This document shows, one piece after another, positions 1 to 8,959 of a stretch of DNA of 64,000 nucleotides (positions are counted from its first letter, which is position 1; each line of letters starts with the position of its first letter). The DNA lies in contig CAJJNQ010000004.1 of assembly GCA_905193155.1 (NCBI GenBank), positions 3,628-67,627 of the forward strand, written 5' to 3'. Under the pieces are notes generated by a model. It saw only the letters and a program-made list of their open reading frames with translations, had not been told where the DNA came from and ran no database searches. Position numbers and translations under genes: made by a program. The stretch is from an uncultured Christensenella sp. Lineage in GTDB: Bacteria > Bacillota > Clostridia > Christensenellales > UBA1750.

Positions 1-35
1 CGGCAGAAAAACCATTTCCCATACGGCGGGAAATG

Positions 36-44
36 TGTTATAAT
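36..44 (+). promoter_or_regulatory. extended -10 element (TGtTATAAT) upstream of the XRE regulator gene
   Basis: tgttataat at 36-44, about 55 nt upstream of the ATG at 100. No convincing -35. Confidence 0.35.
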
Positions 45-99
45 AAAGCCCGTAATCGACTCCGCAGAGCGGAGGAATACACAGTTTAGAGGTGGAAGT

Positions 100-483
100 A
101 TGGCGGGCAGTACGTTCGGGGATCGGCTGCGTGAGCTGCGCCGGGAGCGCGGGATGCAGCAAAGGGAGCTGGGGGAGCTGTATAACCTTTCCTCAAGCGC
201 CATCGGGTCCTATGAGCGCAACCTGCGCGAACCCACGCTGGAACTGCTGCTGCAGCTGTCGGAATACTTCGGCGTGTCGGTGGACTATCTGCTCTGCCGC
301 ACGGAAGAGCGCCTGACGGCGAAGGAATACAAGGAAAAGGATTCCTACGAGCTGGCCGAGTTCATGAGCGGCCACACCATCACCGTCGGTGGTGTCGTCG
401 TCAGCCCCGCAGACAAGCGCCGCATCTGTGACATGGCCACCGGCCTTTTCTGGACCCGTATCACCGGCGAAGAGAAAAAATAA
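100..483 (+). CDS. XRE-family helix-turn-helix transcriptional regulator
   Basis: N-terminus FGDRLRELRRERGMQQRELGELYNLSSSAIGSYERNLREPTLELLLQLSEYFGVSVDYLL is a typical Cro/C1 HTH. RBS gaggtgg lies upstream of the ATG. Confidence 0.85.
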   Translation: MAGSTFGDRLRELRRERGMQQRELGELYNLSSSAIGSYERNLREPTLELLLQLSEYFGVSVDYLLCRTEERLTAKEYKEKDSYELAEFMSGHTITVGGVVVSPADKRRICDMATGLFWTRITGEEKK

Positions 484-496
484 CGCCAAACGAATG

Positions 497-536
497 AAAG
501 GGACCTGCCCAAAGCCTTGGGCAGGTCCCTTTTTGT
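497..536. terminator. bidirectional rho-independent terminator between convergent genes
   Basis: 11-bp perfect stem gggacctgccc/gggcaggtccc (500-510 / 519-529), A-run before and T-run after. Confidence 0.7.
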
Positions 537-570
537 TACATCATTGTGGGGAGCGGTCATTGTAGAGAGT

Positions 571-690
571 TCTTTGGCTCCCCTGTGTAAGGGGAGCTGG
601 CGCGCAGCGCCTGAGGGGTTGCCCGTCTCCGACGCCCACCCTTCCGTCTCGGCTGCGCCGAGCCACCTCCCCTCGAAGGGGAGGCTTGGG
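571..690. repeat. GC-rich structured intergenic element with three short hairpins (possible REP-like element)
   Basis: Hairpins: gctcccct-gtgta-aggggagc (577-597), ctcggc-tgc-gccgag (648-662), cctcccct-cga-aggggagg (666-684). No credible coding frame. Copy number cannot be assessed from one window. Confidence 0.4.
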
Positions 691-700
691 ATGCTTGTTT

Positions 701-1528
701 TCACTGCGCCATCGGGATTTCCCAGCGCGCGGTCTGCATTGCCCCGTCCGGTTCCGGAACGAAGCCCTGCGCGGAAAACAGCGCCAGCGCAGCGGAGGAA
801 TCCGCATCAAGCACGGCGATCAGGCCATGCGAGCGACTGATCTGCACCGCCTGAGCGAGCAGTTTTTTGCCATAGCCTCGGCGGCGGTGAGTTTCCGCAA
901 CGAACAGATCATAGATTTCATGCTCCGTTTCGCCGCAGTGCAGGTCGAGATAGCCGACTGCCTCGCCGCCGTCGAGCGCCAGCAGCACGTGGAACCGTTC
1001 CGGCGCGGCCAGCACGCGCTCCGCCGTCCAGTAAACGCCGCGGCTGTGCAGCGCGCAGTAGCGGGCGCGATGCGGCTCTTCTAACGGAAAAATGCCGGAA
1101 AGATCGCTCACAGGTACTTCACGTGTCCAACGCAGGCGGAGCTGCTCCGGGTCCATGATGCAGCCCCGCTCTTTCAGCAAGGCGCGCAGCACGGCGTTGC
1201 GCGGGTTGAACACGAAGTCCGCGCCATAGCCCGCGCAGCGCGAGGTGAGGAAATCCAGCGCTTCGGCGCAGGCTTTGCGGCTGCGGGTAAGTCCGGCCAG
1301 CATCTGTACATACCGGTCCTTTTCCAGAATCAAAAAGACGAACAATCCGGTCAGCGTTTCGCCCGCAAAGCTGCCCAGCAGGCAGGCGCAGGGATCTGCG
1401 GGCACTTCATAAAGATGTTTTTGCCGCTGTGCTTCGGTTACCAGCATGGGGTCGGAAAATACCGGATCATTTGAAAAACTGCGGATGAAATCGCGGTAAG
1501 GCTCGACGGAGGAAAGCGTGCAGATCAA
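701..1528 (-). CDS. GNAT-family N-acetyltransferase (C-terminal GNAT core)
   Basis: C-terminal FVAETHRRRGYGKKLLAQAV...ALALFSAQGF matches the acetyl-CoA-binding motif A (R/Q-x-x-G-x-G/A). TTG start at 1528 with AGGTGA RBS; start uncertain. Confidence 0.6.
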   Translation of the reverse strand: MICTLSSVEPYRDFIRSFSNDPVFSDPMLVTEAQRQKHLYEVPADPCACLLGSFAGETLTGLFVFLILEKDRYVQMLAGLTRSRKACAEALDFLTSRCAGYGADFVFNPRNAVLRALLKERGCIMDPEQLRLRWTREVPVSDLSGIFPLEEPHRARYCALHSRGVYWTAERVLAAPERFHVLLALDGGEAVGYLDLHCGETEHEIYDLFVAETHRRRGYGKKLLAQAVQISRSHGLIAVLDADSSAALALFSAQGFVPEPDGAMQTARWEIPMAQ

Positions 1529-1545
1529 AGCAAATCACCTGCCTG

Positions 1546-1590
1546 CATAAAAAGGAGCGAACCCGCATCAAAGGGGTTTCGCTCCCGATC
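1546..1590 (-). terminator. rho-independent terminator after metY
   Basis: Stem ggagcgaa/ttcgctcc (1554-1561 / 1578-1585). T-run on the minus strand (plus-strand ataaaaa at 1546-1553). Confidence 0.6.
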
Positions 1591-1601
1591 GTTTTTGGAG
1601 A

Positions 1602-2864
1602 TCAGACCTTTTCCATCGCCTGAGCGATGTCGGCCAGGATGTCGTCGATGTTTTCCAGACCCACGGAGAAGCGGATCAGGCCGGGCGTGATGCCGCCGGC
1701 GCGCAGCTGCTCGTCGGTGAGCTGGCGGTGCGTGGTGTTGGCGGGCTGGAGCGCCAGGGTGCGGATGTCTGCGACGTGGGTGACGGTGGAGGCGATCTTC
1801 AGCGCATCCATGAAGCGCGCGGCGTTCTCGCGCGGGCCGCGGATGGAGAAGGCGATGACGCCGGAGCAGCCGCCGGGCAGGTACTTTTTCGCCTTTTCAT
1901 GCTGGCTGTCGCCGGGCAGGCCGGGGTAGTTGACGAACTCCACCTTGTCCAGACCCTTGAGGTATTCCGCAACGCGCTGGGCGTTTTTGCAGTGCTGCGC
2001 CATGCGCACCGGCAGGGTCTGCAAACCGAGATCGAGCAGGAAAGCGTCCTGCGCGCTGGGCAGCACGCCGAAATCGCGCATCAGCTGCATGCGGCACTTG
2101 ATGATGTAGGCCGCCGCGCCGTAGTTGGCGTAAACCGTGCCGTGATAGGTGGGGTCGGGCTCGGTGAACTCCGGGAAGTTGCCGTTTGTCCAGTCGAACT
2201 TGCCGCCGTCCACGATCACGCCGCCGACCACCACCGCGTGGCCGTCCATGTATTTGGTGGTGGAGTGCGTCACGATGTCCGCGCCGAACTCAAACGGGCG
2301 GCAGAGCATCGGGGTGGCAAAGGTATTGTCCACGATGAGCGGGATGTTGTGCTTGTGGGCGAAGTTTGCGTATTTTTCGATGTCGCAGACCACCAGCGTC
2401 GGGTTGGTCAGCGTTTCGGAAAACACCAGGCGCGTGTTGGGACGGACGGCAGCTTCCAGCTCTTCCGCCGTTGCGTCGGGCGAGACGAAGGTGCAGTCGA
2501 TGCCGAAGCGCTTCAGCGTCACGCCGAACAGGTTCACCGTGCCGCCGTAAACGCCCGCGGTGCAGAGAATGTGATCGCCGGCTTTGGCGATGTTCAGCAC
2601 GGAAAGGAGCGAGGCCGCCTGGCCGGAGGTGGTCATCAACGCGCCCACGCCGCCTTCCATCGCCGCGATCTTTTCTTCTACAAAGCCGACCGTCGGGTTG
2701 GAAATGCGGGAATAGATGTGCCCTTCGGTAGGCTGGTCGAACAGGTGCGCCATGTGGTCGGCGCTGGTGTATTCGTAGGTCGTGGATTGATAGATGGGCA
2801 TGGTGTGGGTGTCGCCGTTGCCGGGCTTGTAGCCGCCGCGCAGGGCAAGGGTTTCCAGCTTCAT
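1602..2864 (-). CDS. metY: O-acetylhomoserine sulfhydrylase (PLP-dependent Cys/Met metabolism family)
   Basis: 420 aa. MKLETLALRGGY...PIYQSTTYEY, HSTTKYMDGH (PLP lysine context), IRFSVGLENIDDILADI. Typical MetY/CysD length and motifs. Confidence 0.9.
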   Translation of the reverse strand: MKLETLALRGGYKPGNGDTHTMPIYQSTTYEYTSADHMAHLFDQPTEGHIYSRISNPTVGFVEEKIAAMEGGVGALMTTSGQAASLLSVLNIAKAGDHILCTAGVYGGTVNLFGVTLKRFGIDCTFVSPDATAEELEAAVRPNTRLVFSETLTNPTLVVCDIEKYANFAHKHNIPLIVDNTFATPMLCRPFEFGADIVTHSTTKYMDGHAVVVGGVIVDGGKFDWTNGNFPEFTEPDPTYHGTVYANYGAAAYIIKCRMQLMRDFGVLPSAQDAFLLDLGLQTLPVRMAQHCKNAQRVAEYLKGLDKVEFVNYPGLPGDSQHEKAKKYLPGGCSGVIAFSIRGPRENAARFMDALKIASTVTHVADIRTLALQPANTTHRQLTDEQLRAGGITPGLIRFSVGLENIDDILADIAQAMEKV

Positions 2865-2918
2865 AAACTTACCTCCCGATGGATTCGCTGATTGGAAAAA
2901 AGTTGATAGAAAAGCGGT

Positions 2919-3920
2919 TTATTCCGCGCCCTTCGGCGCGGTTTCCCGCAGAATGGCTTCGTAAAACGACGCGGGCGCAAGCTCTTTGTAGACGCCGGGC
3001 TCCCGGCAATAGAGGAAGAGCCGCATGTCCTGGCAGAGGTGGCAGCGGTTGTAATAGCTGCCCTTGGGCATAAAGCCGCGCGCCTTGCAGTATTCCAGCA
3101 GCGCGCGCGGATCCTGCGAAAGCCGCGTGTAGATGGGAAATTCCTCCGGATCCAGCTCTTTGCCCAGCGCTTCGAGCGGAAGCGCCAGACCGGGGCATCC
3201 CGGCGGAATATAATTGCCGTAGCAATCAATGTGGTAGTGGGAGCGCCCGCCCAGTTCCGCGCAGGAGCGGCTCATGTGCGGAATGCGCGTCACCGGCACA
3301 ACCGGCATATCCTTTTCATGCGTGATCAGCGCGCGGCCGACCATGTTCAGCGCATAGCGCGGCCGCAGCTGCCCCCAGTAGTTCTTGCCGAAGAGCGCTT
3401 CGTATTCTTTGCGGCTGTGCGTCCGGTCGGTGGGCAGCGCCGTCATGTCGGGCAGAAATTCGTCGATCCAAAGCAGCGGCGTGAGGTCCGCTTCATGGCA
3501 AAGCTCCGCCAGAAGAAGAGATTTGTCCAGCGGAACATATTCGTTGATGTACGGCGCGATGGACAGGCCCAGCGTGTCTACACCCAGATCTTTGACGGAT
3601 TGCAGCATCAGCCGCGCCTGCTGTTCTTCTTCCACCCAGGAGGCGCTGGTTTCAATATAATCAATGGGCATGTTGGCGCGGCGCGCGCTTTCCAACACGC
3701 GCAGCAGCGCATCGGGGTCGATGAACGGCTCGCCGCCGCTGATGTGCATCGAGGGCGTTCCCAACGCCCGGACGCGGGAAAAGACCTCCTCGGCGCGTTC
3801 GGGGGAGATGGTATCCGGCTCCCGGTCGGGGGAGCAGTGGTAAAGGCAGTGGCCGCACCGGGCCTGACAGCGATAATTGACCATCAGGCCGCCCGACGTC
3901 AGCTTGAAAATACCTGCCAT
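2919..3920 (-). CDS. radical SAM protein with Cys-rich C-terminal region
   Basis: CQARCGHC (CX3CX2C) near the N-terminus, then GGEP. C-terminal cysteines: CAELGG..HIDCYGNYIPPGCPG and RCHLCQD. Confidence 0.8.
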   Translation of the reverse strand: MAGIFKLTSGGLMVNYRCQARCGHCLYHCSPDREPDTISPERAEEVFSRVRALGTPSMHISGGEPFIDPDALLRVLESARRANMPIDYIETSASWVEEEQQARLMLQSVKDLGVDTLGLSIAPYINEYVPLDKSLLLAELCHEADLTPLLWIDEFLPDMTALPTDRTHSRKEYEALFGKNYWGQLRPRYALNMVGRALITHEKDMPVVPVTRIPHMSRSCAELGGRSHYHIDCYGNYIPPGCPGLALPLEALGKELDPEEFPIYTRLSQDPRALLEYCKARGFMPKGSYYNRCHLCQDMRLFLYCREPGVYKELAPASFYEAILRETAPKGAE

Positions 3921-3957
3921 GGGTCACGCTCCGTTCCTGTGAAATAAGACTTGCGCG

Positions 3958-4506
3958 TCAGGGGCGCATTTTGGCGTAAAGAAGGGCATGAAATTTGCCC
4001 GCGGGCGTGGAAACTTCTCCGTTCCGCAGATAGGTAAAGCCGCATTTTTCAATCACGCGGCGGGATTGCGTATTGAAGTCAAAGTGCGCAATGGTCAGAT
4101 AATCGCAGCCCGCGCCGTAAAAGCAGTAGGCCATCGCGGCCTTCATCGCCTCCGGCATCAGCCCCCGCCCCCAATGGTCGCGGCTGAGCACATAGCCGAT
4201 CTCCCGGCCGCGCAGCGCGGCGCAGGATGCGTCCGGCTCGAAGGAAAGCTCCTCGATCCCCAGCGACCCGACGACCTTGTGCGCATCGGCAAGCTCCAGC
4301 GCAAAGGTCTTTTTTTCTGCGATAAACATCGAAAGAATGGCTGCGCTTTCCTCCATGGATTGGTGCGGCAGCCAGCCCGCCATTTGTCCTACGCCGTCCA
4401 CGCGGGCGTATTCGTTAAAATCGGTGAGATCCTTTTGCTCGAACGGGCGCAGGATCAGCCGTGCTGTGGTCAGGCGCACAGAGCTTATGTCGATGGCAGC
4501 GTTCAT
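3958..4506 (-). CDS. GNAT N-acetyltransferase, RimJ/RimL-like
   Basis: 182 aa. RLILRPFEQKDLTDFNEY, then GYVLSRDHWGRGLMPEA and SRRVIEKCGF, typical of the RimJ/RimL subgroup. Confidence 0.8.
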   Translation of the reverse strand: MNAAIDISSVRLTTARLILRPFEQKDLTDFNEYARVDGVGQMAGWLPHQSMEESAAILSMFIAEKKTFALELADAHKVVGSLGIEELSFEPDASCAALRGREIGYVLSRDHWGRGLMPEAMKAAMAYCFYGAGCDYLTIAHFDFNTQSRRVIEKCGFTYLRNGEVSTPAGKFHALLYAKMRP

Positions 4507-4740
4507 GCGGCCGTCCCCTTTCCGGCTTGTGCGGGTTTGTCAATCATACCCGGAATTTTTCCCAAGATTAACAATACGCCAAATCGCGTGCGATGTCAAT
4601 ATGCGAAAAAGCGCCGTGCATTCTGCCGAAAAGCGGCGTTTGTTTCTGCCGCCGAACGACAAGGAACGCAATTTGCATCCGTTAACATGAAAATACATAT
4701 TTTCCATTTCATTTGCAGAGCAAAAAAGGAGGGCGGGCGC

Positions 4741-6816
4741 ATGGCGGAGGTTGCGAAAAAGCGCGCGATGCGGGTGTGGAGCATGAACACGGGGAAGCGG
4801 GAGCCGCTGTTTGACGGCGTCAAAATAGAAGAAAATTGGCAAAGCGCGCTGGAAAGCCCGACAGGGATCAGCCTGCGGCGGGGAATCCCGGTGCTGGCGG
4901 TCTGTCTCTTTGCCGGACAGGGGAAACTTTCGGACGGGGCGATGCCCTTCGCGCCGGCGCTGCTAGCGGGCGCGATGATGTGCGGCCGCTCCGTGGGCTA
5001 CGCCGCGGCGGGCTGCGCGGTGGGGGCGCTGTTGGCGGGTTCCCCCGGCACGGCGCTGGCGTGCGCGCTGCTGCTGCTTTTGTGGGTGATTCTGCGGTGC
5101 TTGAACCTCACGCCCAACGATCTGACCTGCGTCGCTGCGGCGGGGATTACGTCCTATGCGCTGCCTGCGCTTTATGCCGTGACGATGCAGGATCAACTCA
5201 CCGCCGCGGTGGGCGCGGTGACGGCGGCGGTGCTGGCGCGGCTCTATGCCGCGGCGCTGCGGGTGAAGCTGAACGGGCGCGAGCTGCTCAGCCCGGAGGA
5301 GATCATCAGCCTGTCGCTGCTGGCCGCGGGCGTGCTGACGGGCTTCCGAAGCATGGAAATCTGCGGCGTATCGCCGGTGATTTCGGCGCTGCTGCTGCTC
5401 AACCTCGGCGCGGGGTATCTGGGCGGCGTGGGGATCGGTGCGGCGGTGGGTGCGCTGACGGGGCTGATGCTCGGCGTGACCCAGCCCGTGCAGCCGTATC
5501 TATGCGTGGGGCTGGCGCTGTCCGGCCTGCTGCCGGGGCTGTTTTCGCCACTTGGGCGCTGGGGTGCGGCTGCGGCGCTGCCGGTGGCGCTTGTGCTGGC
5601 GGGTGCGATGGACGCGCGGTTCCTGACGGTGCAGCGGGCGATCGAGGGCGCGGCGGCAGGGCTTGCCTTCCTGCTGATTCGGCCGCAGGTTTGGGAGCGG
5701 ATGCGCCGTTTCGTGCGGCGGGAGGAGCAGGTGCGGGCCGGGGCGGTGCTCTCGCGCGAGGATCTGCGCGTGGAGGTGCGCGGCAAGGTGCAGGAATACG
5801 CCGCGCTCTACGGCCGCATGGCGCGGACGCTGGCAGGCGCGGGCGGACAATATGCCGCCGTCAGCTCCGCGCTGCACGCCGTGGCCAACGATCTGTCCGT
5901 CACGGTGAGCGAACAGGAGCAAAAGACCCGCGAGATTGCGCAGGCGCTGGATCTGGCGCACATCCGCGTTGAGAGCGTGCAGGCGCAGCGCGTGGGGGAG
6001 AAGCAGCGGGTGCAGATCTGCTGGCAGTGCAGGCAACGCGACGGATTGTGCGATAAAAGGCTGGTGCGCGTTGTGTCGTGTGCGGCGGGTGTGCCGCTGC
6101 GCATCCGGCCGACGGGCGTCTGTCCCCGCGAGGGAAGCTGCCGACTGACGCTGGAGGAGGCCTGCAACTTTGAGGTCAGCGCGGGCTTTGCCTCCCGAAC
6201 GCCGGACGGGCAGCCCTGCGGCGATACGCTGACCACCGTGCAGCTGCCGGAGGGGCAGTACATGATGGCGCTGGCGGACGGCATGGGGCACGGCGAGCGC
6301 GCGCAGGCCGAAAGCCGTGCCGCGGTGGATCTGATGGAGGATTTCCTGCTGGCGCGGTTTGAGCCGGAGGCGGCGCTGACGGGGGTCAACGACCTGCTGC
6401 TGCACAAAAACCCGGAGGAGAGCTTCACGACCATGGATTTGTCGCTGATCGACTTGACGCACGGCACGCTGCGCGCGATGAAGATCGGCGCGGCCGATTC
6501 CTATATCCGGCGCGGGCGGCGGGTGCTGTCCGTCACGGGCGACGCGCTGCCCATGGGCATTTTGGAAAAGGTGCGCCCGAGCGTGACGCAGATGCAGCTG
6601 CAGGACGGCGACGTGCTGGTGATGCTGTCCGACGGCGTGGCCGACGCGATGGGCGGGGACGAAATGTGGCTTACCCGCGAAATCCTGATGATGGATGTGC
6701 GCTCGCCCGAAAGCGCCGCGCGCAGGCTGCTGGCCGACGCTGCCGCAGCAGGGCATCCGCAGGACGACATGACCGTGGGCGTGCTGCGCATCGTCCAACG
6801 CGGGGCGCACGGCTGA
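4741..6816 (+). CDS. spoIIE: stage II sporulation protein E (polytopic membrane domain plus PP2C phosphatase)
   Basis: ATG at 4741 follows aaggagg. About 300 aa of hydrophobic segments, then a PP2C domain (MMALADGMGHGERAQ..., MLSDGV, DDMTVGVLRI). The 942-aa track ORF starting at 3988 overlaps the GNAT gene and is not used. Confidence 0.85.
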   Translation: MAEVAKKRAMRVWSMNTGKREPLFDGVKIEENWQSALESPTGISLRRGIPVLAVCLFAGQGKLSDGAMPFAPALLAGAMMCGRSVGYAAAGCAVGALLAGSPGTALACALLLLLWVILRCLNLTPNDLTCVAAAGITSYALPALYAVTMQDQLTAAVGAVTAAVLARLYAAALRVKLNGRELLSPEEIISLSLLAAGVLTGFRSMEICGVSPVISALLLLNLGAGYLGGVGIGAAVGALTGLMLGVTQPVQPYLCVGLALSGLLPGLFSPLGRWGAAAALPVALVLAGAMDARFLTVQRAIEGAAAGLAFLLIRPQVWERMRRFVRREEQVRAGAVLSREDLRVEVRGKVQEYAALYGRMARTLAGAGGQYAAVSSALHAVANDLSVTVSEQEQKTREIAQALDLAHIRVESVQAQRVGEKQRVQICWQCRQRDGLCDKRLVRVVSCAAGVPLRIRPTGVCPREGSCRLTLEEACNFEVSAGFASRTPDGQPCGDTLTTVQLPEGQYMMALADGMGHGERAQAESRAAVDLMEDFLLARFEPEAALTGVNDLLLHKNPEESFTTMDLSLIDLTHGTLRAMKIGAADSYIRRGRRVLSVTGDALPMGILEKVRPSVTQMQLQDGDVLVMLSDGVADAMGGDEMWLTREILMMDVRSPESAARRLLADAAAAGHPQDDMTVGVLRIVQRGAHG

Positions 6817-6932
6817 TCCATCATAATTGCATTTTTTATCCGTCATTTTTACATGGCGCGGCGGATCGGTTTCTGCTATCCTGAAATCAGCAACACGACA
6901 ACAAAATACCTTTTCACAGGAGGAACAGAAAA

Positions 6933-8240
6933 ATGCCGAAGATTACCTTTATGGGGGCGGGCAGCACGGTGTTTGCCAAGAACGTGCTGGGCGATTCCAT
7001 GATGACCCCCGCGCTGGCCGAGAGCACCATTGCGCTTTACGACATCGACGCGCAGCGCCTGAAGGATTCCCAGATGATGCTGGAAAACATCAACCGCAAC
7101 AACGGAAACAAGGCGCGCGTCGAAGCGTACCTGGGCGTGGAGAATCGCAAGGACGCGCTGCGCGGCGCGAATTACGTCGTCAACGCCATTCAGGTGGGGC
7201 TCTACGATCCCTGCACCATCATCGACTTTGAGGTGCCGAAAAAATACGGCCTGCGCCAGACCATCGCCGATACCCTGGGCATCGGCGGCATCTTCCGCGC
7301 GCTGCGCACCATCCCCGTGATGTTCGACTTTGCGCGCGACATGGAAGAGGTCTGCCCCGACGCGCTGTTTTTGAACTACACCAACCCCATGGCGATGCTC
7401 ACCGGCGCGATGCTGCGCGGCACCGGCGTCAAGACCGTCGGCCTGTGCCACAGCGTGCAGACCTGCGCCAAGGGTCTGCTCGAAGGCTTGGGCATGCCCT
7501 ATGACGAGCAGGTGCAGTGGAAGATCGCCGGCATCAACCATCAGGCCTGGCTGCTGGAGATCAGCCGCGACGGCAAGGATCTCTATCCCGAAATCAAGGC
7601 GCGCGCCGCCGCCCGCACCGAAAAGCACAACGACATGGTGCGCTATGAGATCATGAAGCGCTTTGGCTATTACGTCACCGAATCTTCCGAGCACAACGCG
7701 GAATACATGCCCTATTTCATTAAGGACAAGTATCCGGAGCTGATCGAGCGGTTCAACATCCCGCTGGACGAATATCCCCGCCGCTGCGTCAATCAGATCG
7801 AAAAATGGACGCAGATGCGCAAGGATCTGGTCGAAAAGCACGACCTGACCCACGAGCGCTCCAAGGAATACGCCTCTCACATCATGGAGGCGATGGAAAC
7901 CAACCAGCCCTATAAGTTCGGCGGCAACGTGCTCAACACCGGGCTGATCCCCAACCTGCCCGCCGAGGCCGCGGTCGAAGTGCCCTGCCTGGTCGATAAG
8001 TCCGGCGTGCAGCCCGTCTACGTCGGCAACCTGCCCCCGCAGTGCGCCGCGATGAACCGCACCAACATCAACGTACAGCTCCTCACCATTGAGGCTGCGC
8101 TGACCGGCAAGAAGGACTACATCTATCAGGCCGCGATGATGGATCCGCACACCGCCTCCGAGCTGTCCATCGACGACATCGTGGCCATGTGCGACGACCT
8201 GATCGAAACCCACGGCTCCTGGCTGCCGAAGTATCACTGA
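6933..8240 (+). CDS. melA: glycoside hydrolase family 4 alpha-galactosidase
   Basis: MPKITFMGAGSTVFAKNVLGD (NAD-binding N-terminus as in MelA), GLCHSVQ and NHQAW motifs. 435 aa. Confidence 0.85.
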   Translation: MPKITFMGAGSTVFAKNVLGDSMMTPALAESTIALYDIDAQRLKDSQMMLENINRNNGNKARVEAYLGVENRKDALRGANYVVNAIQVGLYDPCTIIDFEVPKKYGLRQTIADTLGIGGIFRALRTIPVMFDFARDMEEVCPDALFLNYTNPMAMLTGAMLRGTGVKTVGLCHSVQTCAKGLLEGLGMPYDEQVQWKIAGINHQAWLLEISRDGKDLYPEIKARAAARTEKHNDMVRYEIMKRFGYYVTESSEHNAEYMPYFIKDKYPELIERFNIPLDEYPRRCVNQIEKWTQMRKDLVEKHDLTHERSKEYASHIMEAMETNQPYKFGGNVLNTGLIPNLPAEAAVEVPCLVDKSGVQPVYVGNLPPQCAAMNRTNINVQLLTIEAALTGKKDYIYQAAMMDPHTASELSIDDIVAMCDDLIETHGSWLPKYH

Positions 8241-8366
8241 TCCGCCGCACGGTCAGAACGGAAAACGCGCCTTCCGTAAGGGCACAGCCGCAGAAGCGCA
8301 TGAGGTTTCCTTTTTGCGGGGAATCTGCTATAATGGGCGCAGTACCTGAAAAGGGAGGAAATCGAC

Positions 8367-8879
8367 ATGAATCCTATTGTGACCATTAAGATGAAAAACG
8401 GCGATGTGATGAAGATCGAGCTGTATCCCGAAACGGCGCCCAACACCGTGGCGTCCTTTGTCAAGCTCGTGCAGGACGGCTTTTACAACGGCCTGGGCTT
8501 CCATCGCGTCATTCCCGGCTTTATGATTCAGGGCGGCGACCCGGATGCGACCGGCATGGGCGGCCCCGGCTTCACCATCAAGGGCGAGTTCCGCGCCAAC
8601 GGCGTGATCAACCCCCTCAAGCACACCCGCGGCGTGATCTCCATGGCGCGCACGCAGATGCCCAACTCCGCAGGCTCCCAGTTCTTCATCATGCACGCGG
8701 ACGCGCCGTATCTGGACGGCCAGTACGCCGCCTTCGGCAAGGTGATTGAGGGCATCGAGGCGGTGGATCACATTGCGGATCTGGAAACCGACTATATGGA
8801 TCGCCCCACCAAGTACCCCGTGATGGAAGAAGTCACCGTCGAAACCTTCGGCGAGGAATACAAGCCGGAGCGCAAGTAA
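8367..8879 (+). CDS. ppiB: cyclophilin-type peptidyl-prolyl cis-trans isomerase
   Basis: FHRVIPGFMIQGGDP, SMARTQMPNSAGSQFFI, FGKVIEG. 170 aa. Confidence 0.9.
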   Translation: MNPIVTIKMKNGDVMKIELYPETAPNTVASFVKLVQDGFYNGLGFHRVIPGFMIQGGDPDATGMGGPGFTIKGEFRANGVINPLKHTRGVISMARTQMPNSAGSQFFIMHADAPYLDGQYAAFGKVIEGIEAVDHIADLETDYMDRPTKYPVMEEVTVETFGEEYKPERK

Positions 8880-8900
8880 TTCCCGGAAAAAGTGAATTCA

Positions 8901-8934
8901 AAAAAGAGCGCATCGCCAAGACGTGCTCTTTTTG
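8901..8934. terminator. hairpin terminator between convergent ppiB and aminotransferase genes
   Basis: agagcgc...gtgctct stem with one mismatch, flanked by an A-run and a T-run. Confidence 0.5.
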
Positions 8935-8959
8935 CTTTAGATAGGGCGCGGGAAGGGGC

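Noticed and set aside
3988-4740. The 5' extension of the 942-aa track ORF (3988..6816), which would add about 250 aa to SpoIIE.
   Set aside because: It runs antisense through the well-supported GNAT gene (3958..4506) and through AT-rich promoter DNA. It has no RBS and an Arg/Gly/Ala-rich composition. A strong aaggagg RBS precedes the ATG at 4741, where the SpoIIE membrane domain begins.
4836-5972. The 378-aa Gly/Arg/Ala-rich ORF in an alternate frame of spoIIE. Similar same-strand alternate-frame ORFs occur elsewhere (for example 31011..31643 and 56728..57273).
   Set aside because: These are low-complexity products of frame-shifted GC-rich coding sequence. The overlapping frames carry clear family motifs.
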